From Octopus bimaculoides (lineage: Eukaryota), in assembly GCF_001194135.2 (NCBI RefSeq), contig NC_068984.1, forward strand, positions 79,536,851-79,600,850: a stretch of DNA of 64,000 nucleotides. The letters are read 5' to 3'. Each line of letters starts with the position of its first letter. Positions within the stretch are counted from its first letter, which is position 1. The translations under genes and the position numbers were made by a program. Below the pieces are notes generated by a model that saw nothing but the letters and a program-made list of their open reading frames with translations, searched no databases and was not told the origin of the DNA. Shown here in pieces: positions 52,075-64,000 of this stretch.

Positions 52075-53565
52075 TTCAAAGTCATACCGGTTTCGTTAAT
52101 TACTGTTCACTGGCTTTGAATGCACACCGATTACCAAACAGTGTTGGGTCTACTAGTCCCTGAGTAAAAAGGTTATGTGTAAGAGAGGTAAGTAGTTCTG
52201 GATGTGGTGCAGTTAGGGTAGATATAATACTGTAATATGAATGGTGTGTAGGATGTATGGTAGTTAGTGGTATTACTGGTAAGGTTATTAGTGTTCTGTA
52301 TTATGTTAAGTTGTGGATGGAATTTATTGATGAAAGTTGCCTCTTCATTCATTCTTTGCTGTACTGAGGTGTTCTGTGAACATTGATAGAAGAAGAAAAT
52401 TAGGAAGTTAAGATTAAGGTTCCTAGCACACCTTTCTATGTGTTCACTGACCTGTATCTGTCTGTATTGTCAGTGGCAGATTTGTTCTTTGTGAAGAGTG
52501 GTTCTTCAACAGAGTGATATTCCTGTTTGGCCAATATATTGATTACCGCACCCTAAGCAGGTAATGGCATAGATTAAGTTTTCCGAGGCACAGATGAAAT
52601 TTGATTTAATCTTAAATATTTCCCCTTGTTTAAAGTGGAGCTCTGTACCCTCCAAAAGGTGGGGCATGTGCCACAGTTAGGCTCACCGCACTTTTTCACT
52701 TTTGGTTCTGTTGTTAATGGATATAGTCTTGCGTTGGTTAATATATTTTTCAATGATTTCAGTTGCATTTTAGTCTTGATAATTTTGTGTAAGCCTAAAA
52801 TTTTGTTCATTATTTTATCTTCTGTGAGAATGGGTAGATTTTGGATGATAATGTTGAAGGCTTCATTGTTGCTAGGGTTATGTGTGGGGAAGTATGGGAG
52901 TATTTTGAAGTCCTGTGTAGTATTTCGGTTAACTTCCCTTAATGTTCATATGTCTAATATCCTTAGTTCGTTTAATCTCATCATTTATTAATGATGTTAG
53001 GTAATGTCTCTTGATTAATATTGATCTGAATTCAAGGAGTTATCATTCTCGAGTATTGGTGTCTGAAACTATGGTACAAATTCTTTTCGCTAGATTATAA
53101 GGTATATTCATTTTTATGTGTTTGGGGTGGCATGAGTTGAATAATAGGTATTGTTTTCAATCTGTGGGTTTTTGGAAGATGTCTGTTTCGATGTGGTTAT
53201 TGACTATTTTAATTAAGATGTCAAGAAAAGAGAGTTGTTTATTACTGTGTTCCATGGTAAATTGTATGTTGCTATTTATATTGTTGAACATTATTTTTAA
53301 ATCGAGGAGTTTGTCCATGCTATCTTCCCAAAGTATAAAGCAATCATCTAAATACCTCTTCCAGTTCTCCTTTAAAAAGCAATGAAATGAGCTGCTATAT
53401 TTTTGTAGTAATGATTGGTATATTTTAAGTTCTAGGTAACCCATTACAAGATTCACAATCACTGGAGCAGCTCGAGTTCCCATTGCAATTCTACATTTTT
53501 GTTGATAGTAAACTGATTGAACATGAAATAGTTGTTCAGTCGGAGGAATTTAAGTACTGAGATTA
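52075..53565 (-). mobile_element. Decayed Penelope-like element with Cys-rich linker (Neptune-like)
   Basis: AMGTRAAP..NLVMGYLE..WKRYLDDCF..IQFTME..LSFLD..FQKPTD; linker CGEPNCGTCP; YAITCLGCGNQYIGQTG. A hammerhead-like motif lies at the 3' end. Confidence 0.9.
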
Positions 53566-54154
53566 TGAATCTGTGGTTGATGCATCCTGGGATGAAGACG
53601 GGTGTGTAAACAACAAACAGATGTATTAGTTTAATGCTTGGGAAGTGTGAATGTCTTTTACATTTCGCGCCTACACTCTTCAACAGAAAGGAATACAGAA
53701 ATAAGCAGAGAGAGAAAATAAAATAAAAGGAGAGATGGAAAATTAAAAAGGTTTAGTGGCTTGTGATCAATCATGGCGAAAACCATGACTGTTTGGTTTT
53801 TAAATTTTAAAGCCAAGGTGTAAAATTATATTATTAGGAAATTAAATTGATTATAAGTACCTGTGAAACCATTCTTTTCTTTTTTCAAATATACCTAAGT
53901 GTACCAAGGATTTCACACATTTTCCAATATATATATGTGTATATATGTATATATACATATATGTATATATATGTATGTATATACATATATATGTATGTTT
54001 ATACATATATGTATATGTATGTATATATGTATATGTATGTATATATGTATATGTATGTATATATATATATATGTGTATATACATGTATGTATATGTTTTG
54101 TATATATATGTTTTGTATATGTATGGGACATAAACATGCTACTAGCAGTTGTTA

Positions 54155-54206
<52 letters not shown>

Positions 54207-54221
54207 CTTGCACGTAAATAT

Positions 54222-54400
54222 ACGACAGACGTCTTTCAGTTTCCACCTACCAAATCCACTCACCAGTCTTTGGTCGACCGAAGGCTACAGTAGAAGACAC
54301 TTGCCCAAGTTGCCATGTAGTGGGAATGAACCCAGAAGCATGTGGCTGGGAAGCAAGCTTCTTACCACTCAGCCATGACTGCGCCTTTCCACACAGCCAT
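54222..54400 (-). mobile_element. SINE family A, 5' part
   Basis: TTTCAGTTTCCACCTACCAAATCCACTC..AAGCAAGCTTCTTACCAC. Confidence 0.8.
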
Positions 54401-55216
54401 GACTGTATAATTTGAGAGATATTTGGCTACTACTGAACCTACTTGGTGTTATGTGGCTACATAAATGCTCTTACTGTTTTGATATGTCAAATTATTACTG
54501 AATGAAGAATAACTGACCAGAGCAGAGGTGAAGGGAAAAACTAATTACAGGGACATGGAGCTAGTAAAGAAAATAATTGGTTATTATGCATGAATGCGCA
54601 CTCGTTTAAATGAACCTTATCGGAAAGCAAAAGAAAGAGGAAGGGACAGAGAAAGAGAAAATTAAAGAAAGAAAGCGGAGGTGAGAGTATGAACCAACAC
54701 CTGGAGTTCAAAGTTCCTTTATTTATTTATTTATTTATTTATTTTCTAAGATTTTGTGCTATCCAAGGATGCAGGGATAGCTTTAGAGTTATATGGTTAA
54801 GAAGATCATTCTAAAACTGTGAATTTTGGGGTTCTAATCCACTGAGTGGTACCTGGAATGTACCTTGAAGAAGTGCTTTTTACTAAAGTGTCATGTTAAT
54901 AAATATCTTGTGAATGGTGAAGCTCATTCTGAATCATCACTTAATGTCAAGATAAGGATGGACATGCATACACACACACTTGCACACATGCATACACATA
55001 CATATATGCATGCACACACACACACACACACGCACACACATTGAGTATATAAACAGCCTGGTTGCTTGTTTCTCTGGAGACTGTCAGAATTATGTAGACG
55101 CCTCTGATGAGAACCCAATAAGGTTCGGAAATCAATTAAAGTTGTTCATCATTTTTTTTTCAGTCTGTGGATAAATAGCTAAAATTTGCCCTCTTTATAA
55201 TTATACCATATTTTAC

Positions 55217-55280
<64 letters not shown>

Positions 55281-55799
55281 ATATTTATGTATGTATGCAT
55301 GAATGGATGAATCTCTCTCAGTTTCTACAATGAAGATTCAGTATTTCAGACACACACACAGACATGGTAGGCAGTCTCTGCTTTTTAAATTTGACCCCAA
55401 AGCATTATCAGTTGACCTGAAGTTATAGTAGAAAAAATCTGGCCCATCTGCCACAACTGAACCTGAAGCAGAAACAATGTGGTTATGTAGCAAGCATTTT
55501 AACCAAGTATTGGTAATATATACTTAAGTTATCTCAATCATACCCACTACCTCATCAATTCCCACCTGGTATCTATCAGCTCAAAATAAATCAATACTTT
55601 AAGATTGATTCAATGCCTCATGTCTCCCTCATTATTAAAAGGGAAAGCTTTGTACTTAGTCAAAAGTTATCTGCATTATATATTCTTAAATCGGCATCAC
55701 CATGATCTTGGAATCTTATAGCCCATCATTAATAGAAATTTGTGTCTTGTGGAAAGCATTTAATACAGCGGTTCTAGCTTCCTAAACCTTCATTTTATA

Positions 55800-56700
55800 T
55801 CTGCATTGATATATTTGAGGTAGTGGTAGTGACAGTAATAGTAGTAATGGTGGTGGTGCTGGTAGTGATGGTGGTGGTGGTGGTGGTGGTTTGAAGAAAT
55901 CTTGTTTGAATAAGTGAGGATTATGGGTCGCATGCAATCTGAGTGATTTTGTATTGATGGATTAAAAAGGTGTCTCATGATAAAGGAAATTGCAGATATG
56001 GAAGTAACCGATGGATGCTGACCTCTCTATCTGATATCATATTGACTTTGATACGTTGAGTTTTAGATGCTACTGTTGATGGTGATGAGGATGATAGTTG
56101 TGGTGGTGGTGGTGGTGGCGGCAGCTTGGGATGATAGTTATGGTGAGAATAGTTATGATGATGAGAATGATGGTGGTGGTTGGTAATGATGCTGGGGGAA
56201 GATATCATGATAAATGATAATGATGATAAGAATAACAATGATGATGATGATGATGATGAATAGAAAAGTAGTGGTGGTGGTGGTGGTTGTGGCAGGATTT
56301 GTGGGTGAACAGTAGTGACGATGAAATTGATGATAATGATGATGCTGATCATAATAATGATGAAATCGATGATGATGATGATGACGATGAAGTTCATGAT
56401 GATGATGAAGCTGATGATGATGATGATGATGATGAATTTCATGATGACGATGAAGAAATTGATGATGATGATGATGATGATGATGATGACAGCAATGACA
56501 ATGATATTGACACAATGTTAGTGGTTGTGGTAATGACAAGGATTTAAGGATGATGATACAGGTGACGATATTGACATGATCTTGATAGTGGTGGTCATGA
56601 TGATGATGAAGAGAAGGATTTTGCGGTTAACACTAAGAATAAGAATGATGCCAAGGGTTACAATGTTGGTGATGATAAAGAGGAGTTTAAGGACGTGATA
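55800..56700. repeat. Low-complexity (GAT/GGT/AAT)-rich tract
   Basis: Read directly from the sequence; gives Asp-, Met-, His- and Ile-rich pseudo-ORFs. Confidence 0.9.
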
Positions 56701-56749
56701 TTATTGGTGATGCGTTATGCTATGAGGATGGCTGTATAAAGAAGTACTG

Positions 56750-57175
56750 AGCTCTAATTGTGGAGAGTATCTGTGGAAGGAGTAGACCCAGGAAGATATG
56801 GGACAAAGTGGTGAGAAAGGATCTTTGGATGCTAGTCCTCACTAAGAAAACGACAAGGGACTGGGAGGTGTGGCGATTTGCTGTACTTGATAAGACACGC
56901 CAAGCTAAGTAAAAATCACTGTGTTCCACACATACAGGCCTGCCCTTTCAGGTGATGGTTCCACTTAAGGAGCACCCATTCCAGTGGTGCATATATGCAC
57001 AAATGCCTGTGGGGCACATAAAAAACACCCCGTTAAGTGGTTGGTGTTAGGAAGGTTGTAAAAACCAGGCCGCAACAGACAATTGAACCCTGGACAGCTC
57101 CCAGCTAGCCAGCTGCATGTCAAACCATCCAACCCATGCCAGCATGGAAAGATGTTAAACAATGATGATTATCTA
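56750..57175 (+). mobile_element. RTE LINE 3' end
   Basis: CGRSRPRKIWDKVVRKDLWML.. followed by the shared 3' UTR. Confidence 0.85.
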
Positions 57176-57237
57176 AAAAGATGATGGTGATGATGATGGT
57201 GGTGATGATGTTGATGATGATGATGGTAGATATAATA

Positions 57238-57472
57238 CTCTCTTTTATTCTCTTTTACTAGTTTCAGTCATTTGACTGTGGCCATGCTGGAGCACCGTCT
57301 TTAGTTGAGCAAATCGACCCCAGGACTTATTCTTTGTAAGCCTAGTACTTATTGTATCGGTCTCTTTTTGCTGAACCGCTAAGTTACGGAGACGTAAACA
57401 CACCACCATCGGTTGTCAAGTGATGGTGGGGGGACAAATACAGACATACAAACATACACACACACACACACA

Positions 57473-57512
<40 letters not shown>

Positions 57513-57675
57513 CATATATACGACAGGCTTCTTTCAGTTTCCGTCTACCAAATCCACTCACAAGGCTTTGGTCGGCCCGAGGCTATAGTAGAAGACACTT
57601 GCCCAAGGTGCCATGCAGTGGGACTCAACCCGGAACCATGTGGTTGGTAAGCAAGCTACTTACCACACACCCACT
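57238..57675 (-). mobile_element. SINE family A, well-preserved full copy
   Basis: Reverse complement of 60511-60903 with high identity. Confidence 0.9.
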
Positions 57676-59239
57676 TCTAAAGATGATATCATGAAGATGA
57701 AAATTTATTTTACTCCTACTGTTTTTCTGAGAAATTGAGACAATAAGCTGTTGAGAGTTCCATCATCCATCGCAGTGGCGTTGTCTTTGTTGTTGTTGGA
57801 CCTCAGGTCACTTTAGAATGAGCAAATCTATGATCAAAAGCATTCTAGCTGTGTTCTTCCATCTTTGTGTACATCAGGGGTTACATTGCCCTTATAGCTT
57901 ATGCTTGGATATACTCAACTAACATTTTAACTAATTAAATAGACTTGCTAGTCTATTTAATCTAGTTTAATCTACAATGTTCATAATTCACTCCTTCTTA
58001 ACTACTGAAAGTTAGAAATCATTATTGATCTTATTAAAAGTAAATAGTAAAAAAAAAAACAATAATAAACAATGAAAACAAATTAAAGAGAGACCATATT
58101 AATTTTGTTTATTTTAACAAAATATAAAAATTTTTAACTATTAGCTCGGGGTGACCACAAAGTTTTCAAAGTATGATAAGTAAATAATTAGTTAAAGAAA
58201 TAATTAGACACTAAAAATTAAAATTTTTAAATAGATTTTTTTAGTATTTAAAAAAAACAAACTAGTCACTAGAATAAATTAGAGAAATTGATTAGGTGTT
58301 AAGCAATTTTGGAATGATACACAGACTATCTATTTTCGATTTAATTGCTTTCATTATTTTCTTATGAAAAAACCCCACAAAAATGACAAAAACAAAATAA
58401 ACAGTTTCTTAGTTAATGATTTTGTAAATACTAATTTTCTACAATAATGAATATTTAACTAAATCTCAATATGTTTTACAAAATTTTTTATTTTCTTTTT
58501 CAAAATTAAACTGATGCTCTTTAAAATCAAATTTGAGCAGGTAGCACCGAAATTTTGTCGGAAGAGTGTTTCTAATTTAACTAATGGATTGAATTCTTGC
58601 AAAGTTTGCTTTTGCGTAATTGAAATAAAGAAATTATTTTGGAGTTCATGACCAACATCCTTTTTCTTCTTTAGTCTTAATATATGCAGAATGTCTTAGG
58701 CAAGTGTCTTCTTCTCTAGCCTCAGGTTGACCAGTGGATTGTGAGTGGAATTTGGAAAACAGAAATTGTGAATGCATGTATGTGTGTGTGTTTGAAGGCA
58801 TGTATGTGTGTGTGTGTGTGTTTTTGAAAATTGTTTTGGAAAACTAGCAGAATGCAAGATGAATATAAAAGAGTCTACACAGCAGTAAGGAAGACAAAGC
58901 AACTATTTTCAGTTTCACTTCTAATTTCAATATTCCAAGGCTTAAGACTGTTTTCATCAAAAGAAAACAGAAGATGGTGACAAACTAGTGTGTTTTGCAA
59001 AAGAGAGAATTGTGTCTTTCCTTAATGGCTGTTGTTTAGCCTCAAGTGAATCCTGATCTATAAAGCATATAACCAAAGCAGTTCAGTAATGATAACCATT
59101 CCAGCTTTCTTTTTGTCCAAACAGGACAGTATCTGACATTTTCTGTTGTAAGTGGTTAGGTGCCATTTGAGGGAGATTTAGTTGCTATTCTTAGCAAGTC
59201 AAATGATAGCATTGAGGCTCTCTCATGATTTGTAATACT

Positions 59240-59622
59240 TCTTTCTAATTTTGGCACAAGACTAGCAATTTTTGAGGAGAGGGGCTAGTAGATTATATCA
59301 ACCCCAGTGTTTGACTGGTACATTGTTTTATGGATGAAAGGCAAAGCTGACACCAAGGATTTGTCTGACACTTTAATGATTCTGTCAGCTTGCTACCTTG
59401 TCATTGGTTTGTAATAATCTTTTTTACTATAGGCACAAGGACTACAATTTTGGGTGAGGTGGGTAAGTCGATTACTTTGACTCCATTACTCAACTAGTAC
59501 TTATTTCATTGACCCCCAAAAGGATGAAACCTCTGCAGAAATTGAACTCAGAATGTAATGATGGATAAAATATTGCTAAGCATTCTGCCTGGCATGCTAA
59601 CAATTCTGCCAGCTTGCCACCA
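59240..59622 (-). mobile_element. Two tandem SINE family B copies
   Basis: The core ACTGGTAC/ACTAGTAC and the head GCTTGCTACC/GCTTGCCACC each occur twice. Confidence 0.7.
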
Positions 59623-60510
59623 TTATTGGTTTGTAATAATGGTATCAATGCAGGCTTAAGATACAGGCACAGTGTGGGAGGGGCTCCACAGATCCATGTG
59701 TCTTATACTAATCTACATATAATTCAGAATAATTGTTAATGATGAGGTTTTGTTGAAGAATGAATAAGCTAAAAATATTTCTTAATTCAACATGTTTATT
59801 CTAGTTTTCATATCAGAAAGTTGTCGTAATATATTATTTTTGTCGAATATTTATGCTTATACATGATAGTTGAAGAGATAAACAAGTCATATACATTTTT
59901 TTACTGACATGTGTATTTGTACCTATATATGAAAGTGAAAAGAGTGAGAACAAATGAGAAAAAGTGAGAGGGAAGTGAGATAATGTCATAATGGCATATC
60001 ATATGACACAACCTCTGCTGCAATTATTTTTAGAGATTGAATTACACCACATAAAATGCTGGTAAACTTTCTCTCATATGTTTTTGTATTTTGATACAAA
60101 AAGTCAAGGTTGTTCTTTATATTTCTATTTACATTTCATTGCATTTGCCATAAAAAATGTGATTGATTGTAATATATGTTGGTAGGCATGTTAATTATCT
60201 GTATGGATAGTTTATTGTGTGCTGTAATAAAATAAATGTAGGGTATTGGCTGAATTTGAATCCAAATATAAACAAAGATGATGTAAGATCTGAGGAGCAG
60301 TCCATCATACATGTATATTGTGTCTTGCTGTCTGTAAATAAATACTCTTGATCCAAGTGTATTACTTTATGCAGGGACCTAAAGTGCTGTTATCATGGCC
60401 CTGGATGCTAGTGGTTGTTTGACCCCCTAGGTCGTTTTGATGAAGTAGGGCTATCATTGAAATCATTGCAGTTAAAACTAATCTGTCTTTTTGAACTAGA
60501 TTGTCCAATA

Positions 60511-60903
60511 GGTGCAGGAGTGGCTGTGTGGTAAGTAGCTTGCTTACCGACCACATGGTTCCGGGTTGAGTCCCACTGCGTGGCACCTTGGGCGAATGTC
60601 TTCTATTATAGCCTCGGGCTGACCAAAGCTTTGTGAGTGGATTTGGTAGATGGAAACTGAAAGAAGCCCGTCGTATATATGTATATATGTGTGTTTGTGT
60701 GTCTGTGTTTTTCCCCCCAACATCGTTTGACAACCGATGCTGGTGTGTTTACGTCCCTGTAACTTAGTGGTTTGGCAAAAGAGACTGATAGAATAAGTAC
60801 TAGGCTTACAAAGAATAAGTCCTGGGGTCGATTTGCTTGACTAAAGGTGGTGCTCCAGCATGGCCGCAGTCGAATGACTGAAACAAGTAAAAGAGTAAGA
60901 GTA
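60511..60903 (+). mobile_element. SINE family A, best-preserved copy
   Basis: tRNA-like head (TGGCTGTGTGG, GGTTGAGTCCC), CORE-like GGCACCTTGGGCGAATGTC, internal TA/TG tract, tail GTAAAAGAGTAAGAG. Confidence 0.9.
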
Positions 60904-61141
60904 ATGTGAGCATTGAAGATATATTTTGGCTGCTAATTTTAAAGATCAATTGACTGTGTATAGTCCCCTTTGATATTAGTCATGAGTAAAATGAGTTTCC
61001 TGAATTTACATCATAACACGCAAACATATATAAATTACTTAAGTCTTTTTCATTCTCTTGTGACAGTCATTGAACTCTGGCTATGCTGATCCAACACTTT
61101 GCAAGAGCAGTCAAACAAATCTACCTCAGTACCTATTTTAA

Positions 61142-61349
61142 CCCTTTAGTATTTAAACCGGCCATATCCGGCCAAAATGTTTAATCTGTTTTATGTTCAA
61201 ACTGACCAGATCCAGGCTCTCACACCTACACTACAATGTTATTCTACATTAATTACTTACACGATCAAAATCTTGAAGATATGAGATAATTCAAATCAAT
61301 GTGAATCAATAAGCATTATGTTTGATAGAATAATCTGAACACTAAAGGG
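61142..61349. mobile_element. piggyBac-type MITE
   Basis: TTAA|CCCTTTAGT...ACTAAAGGG|TTAA; homologous to 15419-15631. Confidence 0.85.
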
Positions 61350-61942
61350 TTAAATCTCGTGTTATTCTTTTGGTCTCTTTTACCAAACTGTTAGGTTACA
61401 GGGTTGTAAACAAACCAACATATGTTTACAAGCTGTGAGAGGTCAAACACACCTATATCATCATCATCATCATTTAACGTCTGTTTTTCATGCCTGCATG
61501 GGTTGAATGGTTTGACAGAAAACTGATGAGCTGGGGAGTTGCACCAGGCTCCAATCTGATTTGATATAGTTTCTGAAGCTGGATGCCCTTCCTAATGCCA
61601 ACTACCCCAAGAGTGTAGTGGGTGCTTTCTACATGCTACTGACAAAGGTGCCAGTTACAAAACACTAGCATTGGCCATGACTATGATCTCGCTTGTCGTG
61701 ACAGGTCTTTTCAAGTACGGTATATTGTCAATGTATTTATCATCAGTGGCAGCAGCTTAATGTCCACTTCTTTTGTTTGGGTGGATTTTCTAGGGCTGGG
61801 TGCCCTTCCTGCCACCAACCTTCCCCGTTTCCAAGGTGGGTAATATTTCCCCATAAGCAGACACTGATAATTCGAAAGTAAGGACACTGTTTGCTTGACA
61901 ATGATACTTGTTACAACTATAATGCAATATACATATACATAT

Positions 61943-62268
61943 CATCATCATCATCATCATCATCGTTTAACGTCCGCTTTCCATGCTAGCATGGGTTGGA
62001 CGATTTGACTGAGGACTGGTGAAACCGGATGGCAACACCAGGCTCCAGTCTAATTTGGCAGAGTTTCTACAGCTGGATGCCCTTCCTAACGCCAACCACT
62101 CAGAGAGTGTAGTGGGTGCTTTTACGTGTCACCCGCACGAAAACGGCCACGCTCGAAATGGTGTCTTTTATGTGCCACCCGCACAAGCCAGTCCAGGGGC
62201 ACTGGCAACGATCTCGCTCGAAAATCCTACGGGAGCCAGTCAGGCGGTACTGGCAACGGCCATGCTCA
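61943..62268 (-). mobile_element. Young RTE 3' UTR copy with internal tandem repeats, truncated by an assembly gap
   Basis: Near-identical to 20538-20812; repeated G(C/T)ACTGGCAACG motifs. Confidence 0.85.
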
Positions 62269-62519
62269 NNNNNNNNNNNNNNNNNNNNNNNNNNNNNNNN
62301 NNNNNNNNNNNNNNNNNNNNNNNNNNNNNNNNNNNNNNNNNNNNNNNNNNNNNNNNNNNNNNNNNNNNNNNNNNNNNNNNNNNNNNNNNNNNNNNNNNNN
62401 NNNNNNNNNNNNNNNNNNNNNNNNNNNNNNNNNNNNNNNNNNNNNNNNNNNNNNNNAAATATAACAAAAAAACCGTTACTCTGAGTTTCATGTTCCCGTT
62501 CATCGGACAGTTTTGTTAG

Positions 62520-63200
62520 AAATGGAGAAAGGATAACAATGCAATCGAAAGTAATATAAAATAAAATTTAGAACACATGGATTCGTTTGATTGGTTGTTT
62601 CAAATAAGGGCCATGGATTGGTCGTTTCAATTAACTGTCAATGATGCGTAATTCACAGACCAAATAAATTTAATACAGATTCACCCTATTAAAAAAAATA
62701 TCGAAGAAAACCTTAAATAGAAAAATGCGCTCCAAATACATATTATAGATAATTAATTATATTCGAATTAACGCATTAAAATCAAATCAATAGAATAAAG
62801 TATACGCTGCATTCAAAATAAAATAGAATAAAATAAAATAAAATAAAATAAAATAAAAATTACAATAGTGCGTATGTATACAAGGCTATCCACAACATAT
62901 ATATATATATCTATATATAAATATATACATCGAAATACACAGCTGCATACGCACAGACAATCTACGTATATAGGCCTATATTCACAAGGCACAGATATAT
63001 ACATAAGTACAAATCTACACACATATACGCACACACGCATATAAGTTTGCGCATGGAAAACCTATGCACTGGTAATGACAATTGTATCTTAATCTATGGA
63101 GTGGAGGGGTAAAGAGTAACGTATCTATAATAACGTTAAATATGGGAAAGGGGGTGGCGGGGGGAATGTAGTTGTCATAAAAAAAGAAAAGGAGAAAGAA
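62520..63200. promoter_or_regulatory. Candidate CpG-retaining regulatory or promoter-like region
   Basis: About 19 CpGs counted by eye in 680 bp of unique AT-rich DNA; ATTGG boxes at 62590 and 62617; GC/G-rich box at 63144-63164. No transcript evidence. Confidence 0.35.
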
Positions 63201-63966
63201 AGAGAATAANNNNNNNNNNNNNNNNNNNNNNNNNNNNNNNNNNNNNNNNNNNNNNNNNNNNNNNNNNNNNNNNNNNNNNNNNNNNNNNTTTTTCCATTTC
63301 CAATGTCTAGGGTTAACATTGGTAATTATACTGTTTGTATAACGGACACTTTTATCCCTTAGATGGTTATTCCAACCTCTAACTCTACTAACCTATATAT
63401 ATATATATATATATATGATGGGTTTCCAAACAGTTACTGTCTACCAAATTCATTCAGAAAAATTGGTCAGTACAGGAATATTGAAGAAGTTACTTGCCCA
63501 AGATGCTGCATGGTGGAATTGAATCCAAAACCATTTGGTTGCAAAGCAAATTTCTTAACCACACAACCACAAATGCTTTCTCATATATATTGTTTCTTGC
63601 TTGTTTTTATCAGCCTGGATAACGAGGATTTTAAGTATTTGAGAATGCCAAGGTGGGAAAATGATAAATTAGGAATGACTTTGTATTAATTCGATTAGTC
63701 AAATTAATATATACAAGCTCATACACGTTTGCTTCAGTTGATTATTTATGATACATGATCTTATCTTTTTGTAATTACTGACACAGCAATATCTTTAAAA
63801 TACATCTTTGAATTTGTTAATGAATTTTAAATTCAGTTTTAGCTACACAAATATTTATATATATTGATGTGTGAGTGTTTGTCTAACGCAGATATACAGA
63901 TATCATAAAAGACTCATAACTATATTTTGATTTATGCAAGCACATAAACACTCATACACACACACA

Positions 63967-64000
<34 letters not shown>

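Noticed and set aside
55955-55962. TGATGGAT Pbx-Hox-like site
   Set aside because: It lies within GAT-rich low-complexity DNA, where this 8-mer arises easily.
60362-60733. 123-aa minus-strand ORF
   Set aside because: The first two-thirds is antisense SINE family A, and the remainder has no recognisable domain or splice support.

Overview
Eukaryotic, AT-rich (by eye roughly two-thirds A+T), repeat-saturated genomic DNA. The tRNA-derived SINE families, RTE 3' ends and dense TA/CA/GAT microsatellites point to an octopus (coleoid cephalopod) genome; this is an inference from repeat content. Ten N-gaps total about 2.65 kb, most bordered by microsatellites. I found no intact protein-coding gene, tRNA, rRNA or CRISPR array. 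Most listed ORFs are translations of microsatellites, N-runs or the antisense strands of decayed elements. The recognisable coding relics are all transposons: R4/Dong-like RLE LINE fragments, an L1/Tx1-like 3' fragment, RTE LINE pieces, three Penelope-like (RT + GIY-YIG) relics, a hATm transposase relic and a near full-length decayed mariner. Non-autonomous elements include a hAT MITE, two piggyBac-type MITEs, three SINE families and an unclassified (CAA)-tailed repeat. The window reads as a large intron or intergenic region. The most interesting signals are: hammerhead-ribozyme-like relics at Penelope-type ends; Dong-like insertions into (TAA)n tracts, including a SINE tail; several closely spaced inverted repeat pairs that could form long dsRNA; an exact 45-bp minisatellite with one open frame; a tandem array of the unclassified repeat; and a CpG-retaining, promoter-like patch at about 62.5-63.2 kb. 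I cannot support a claim of a new multi-gene system.
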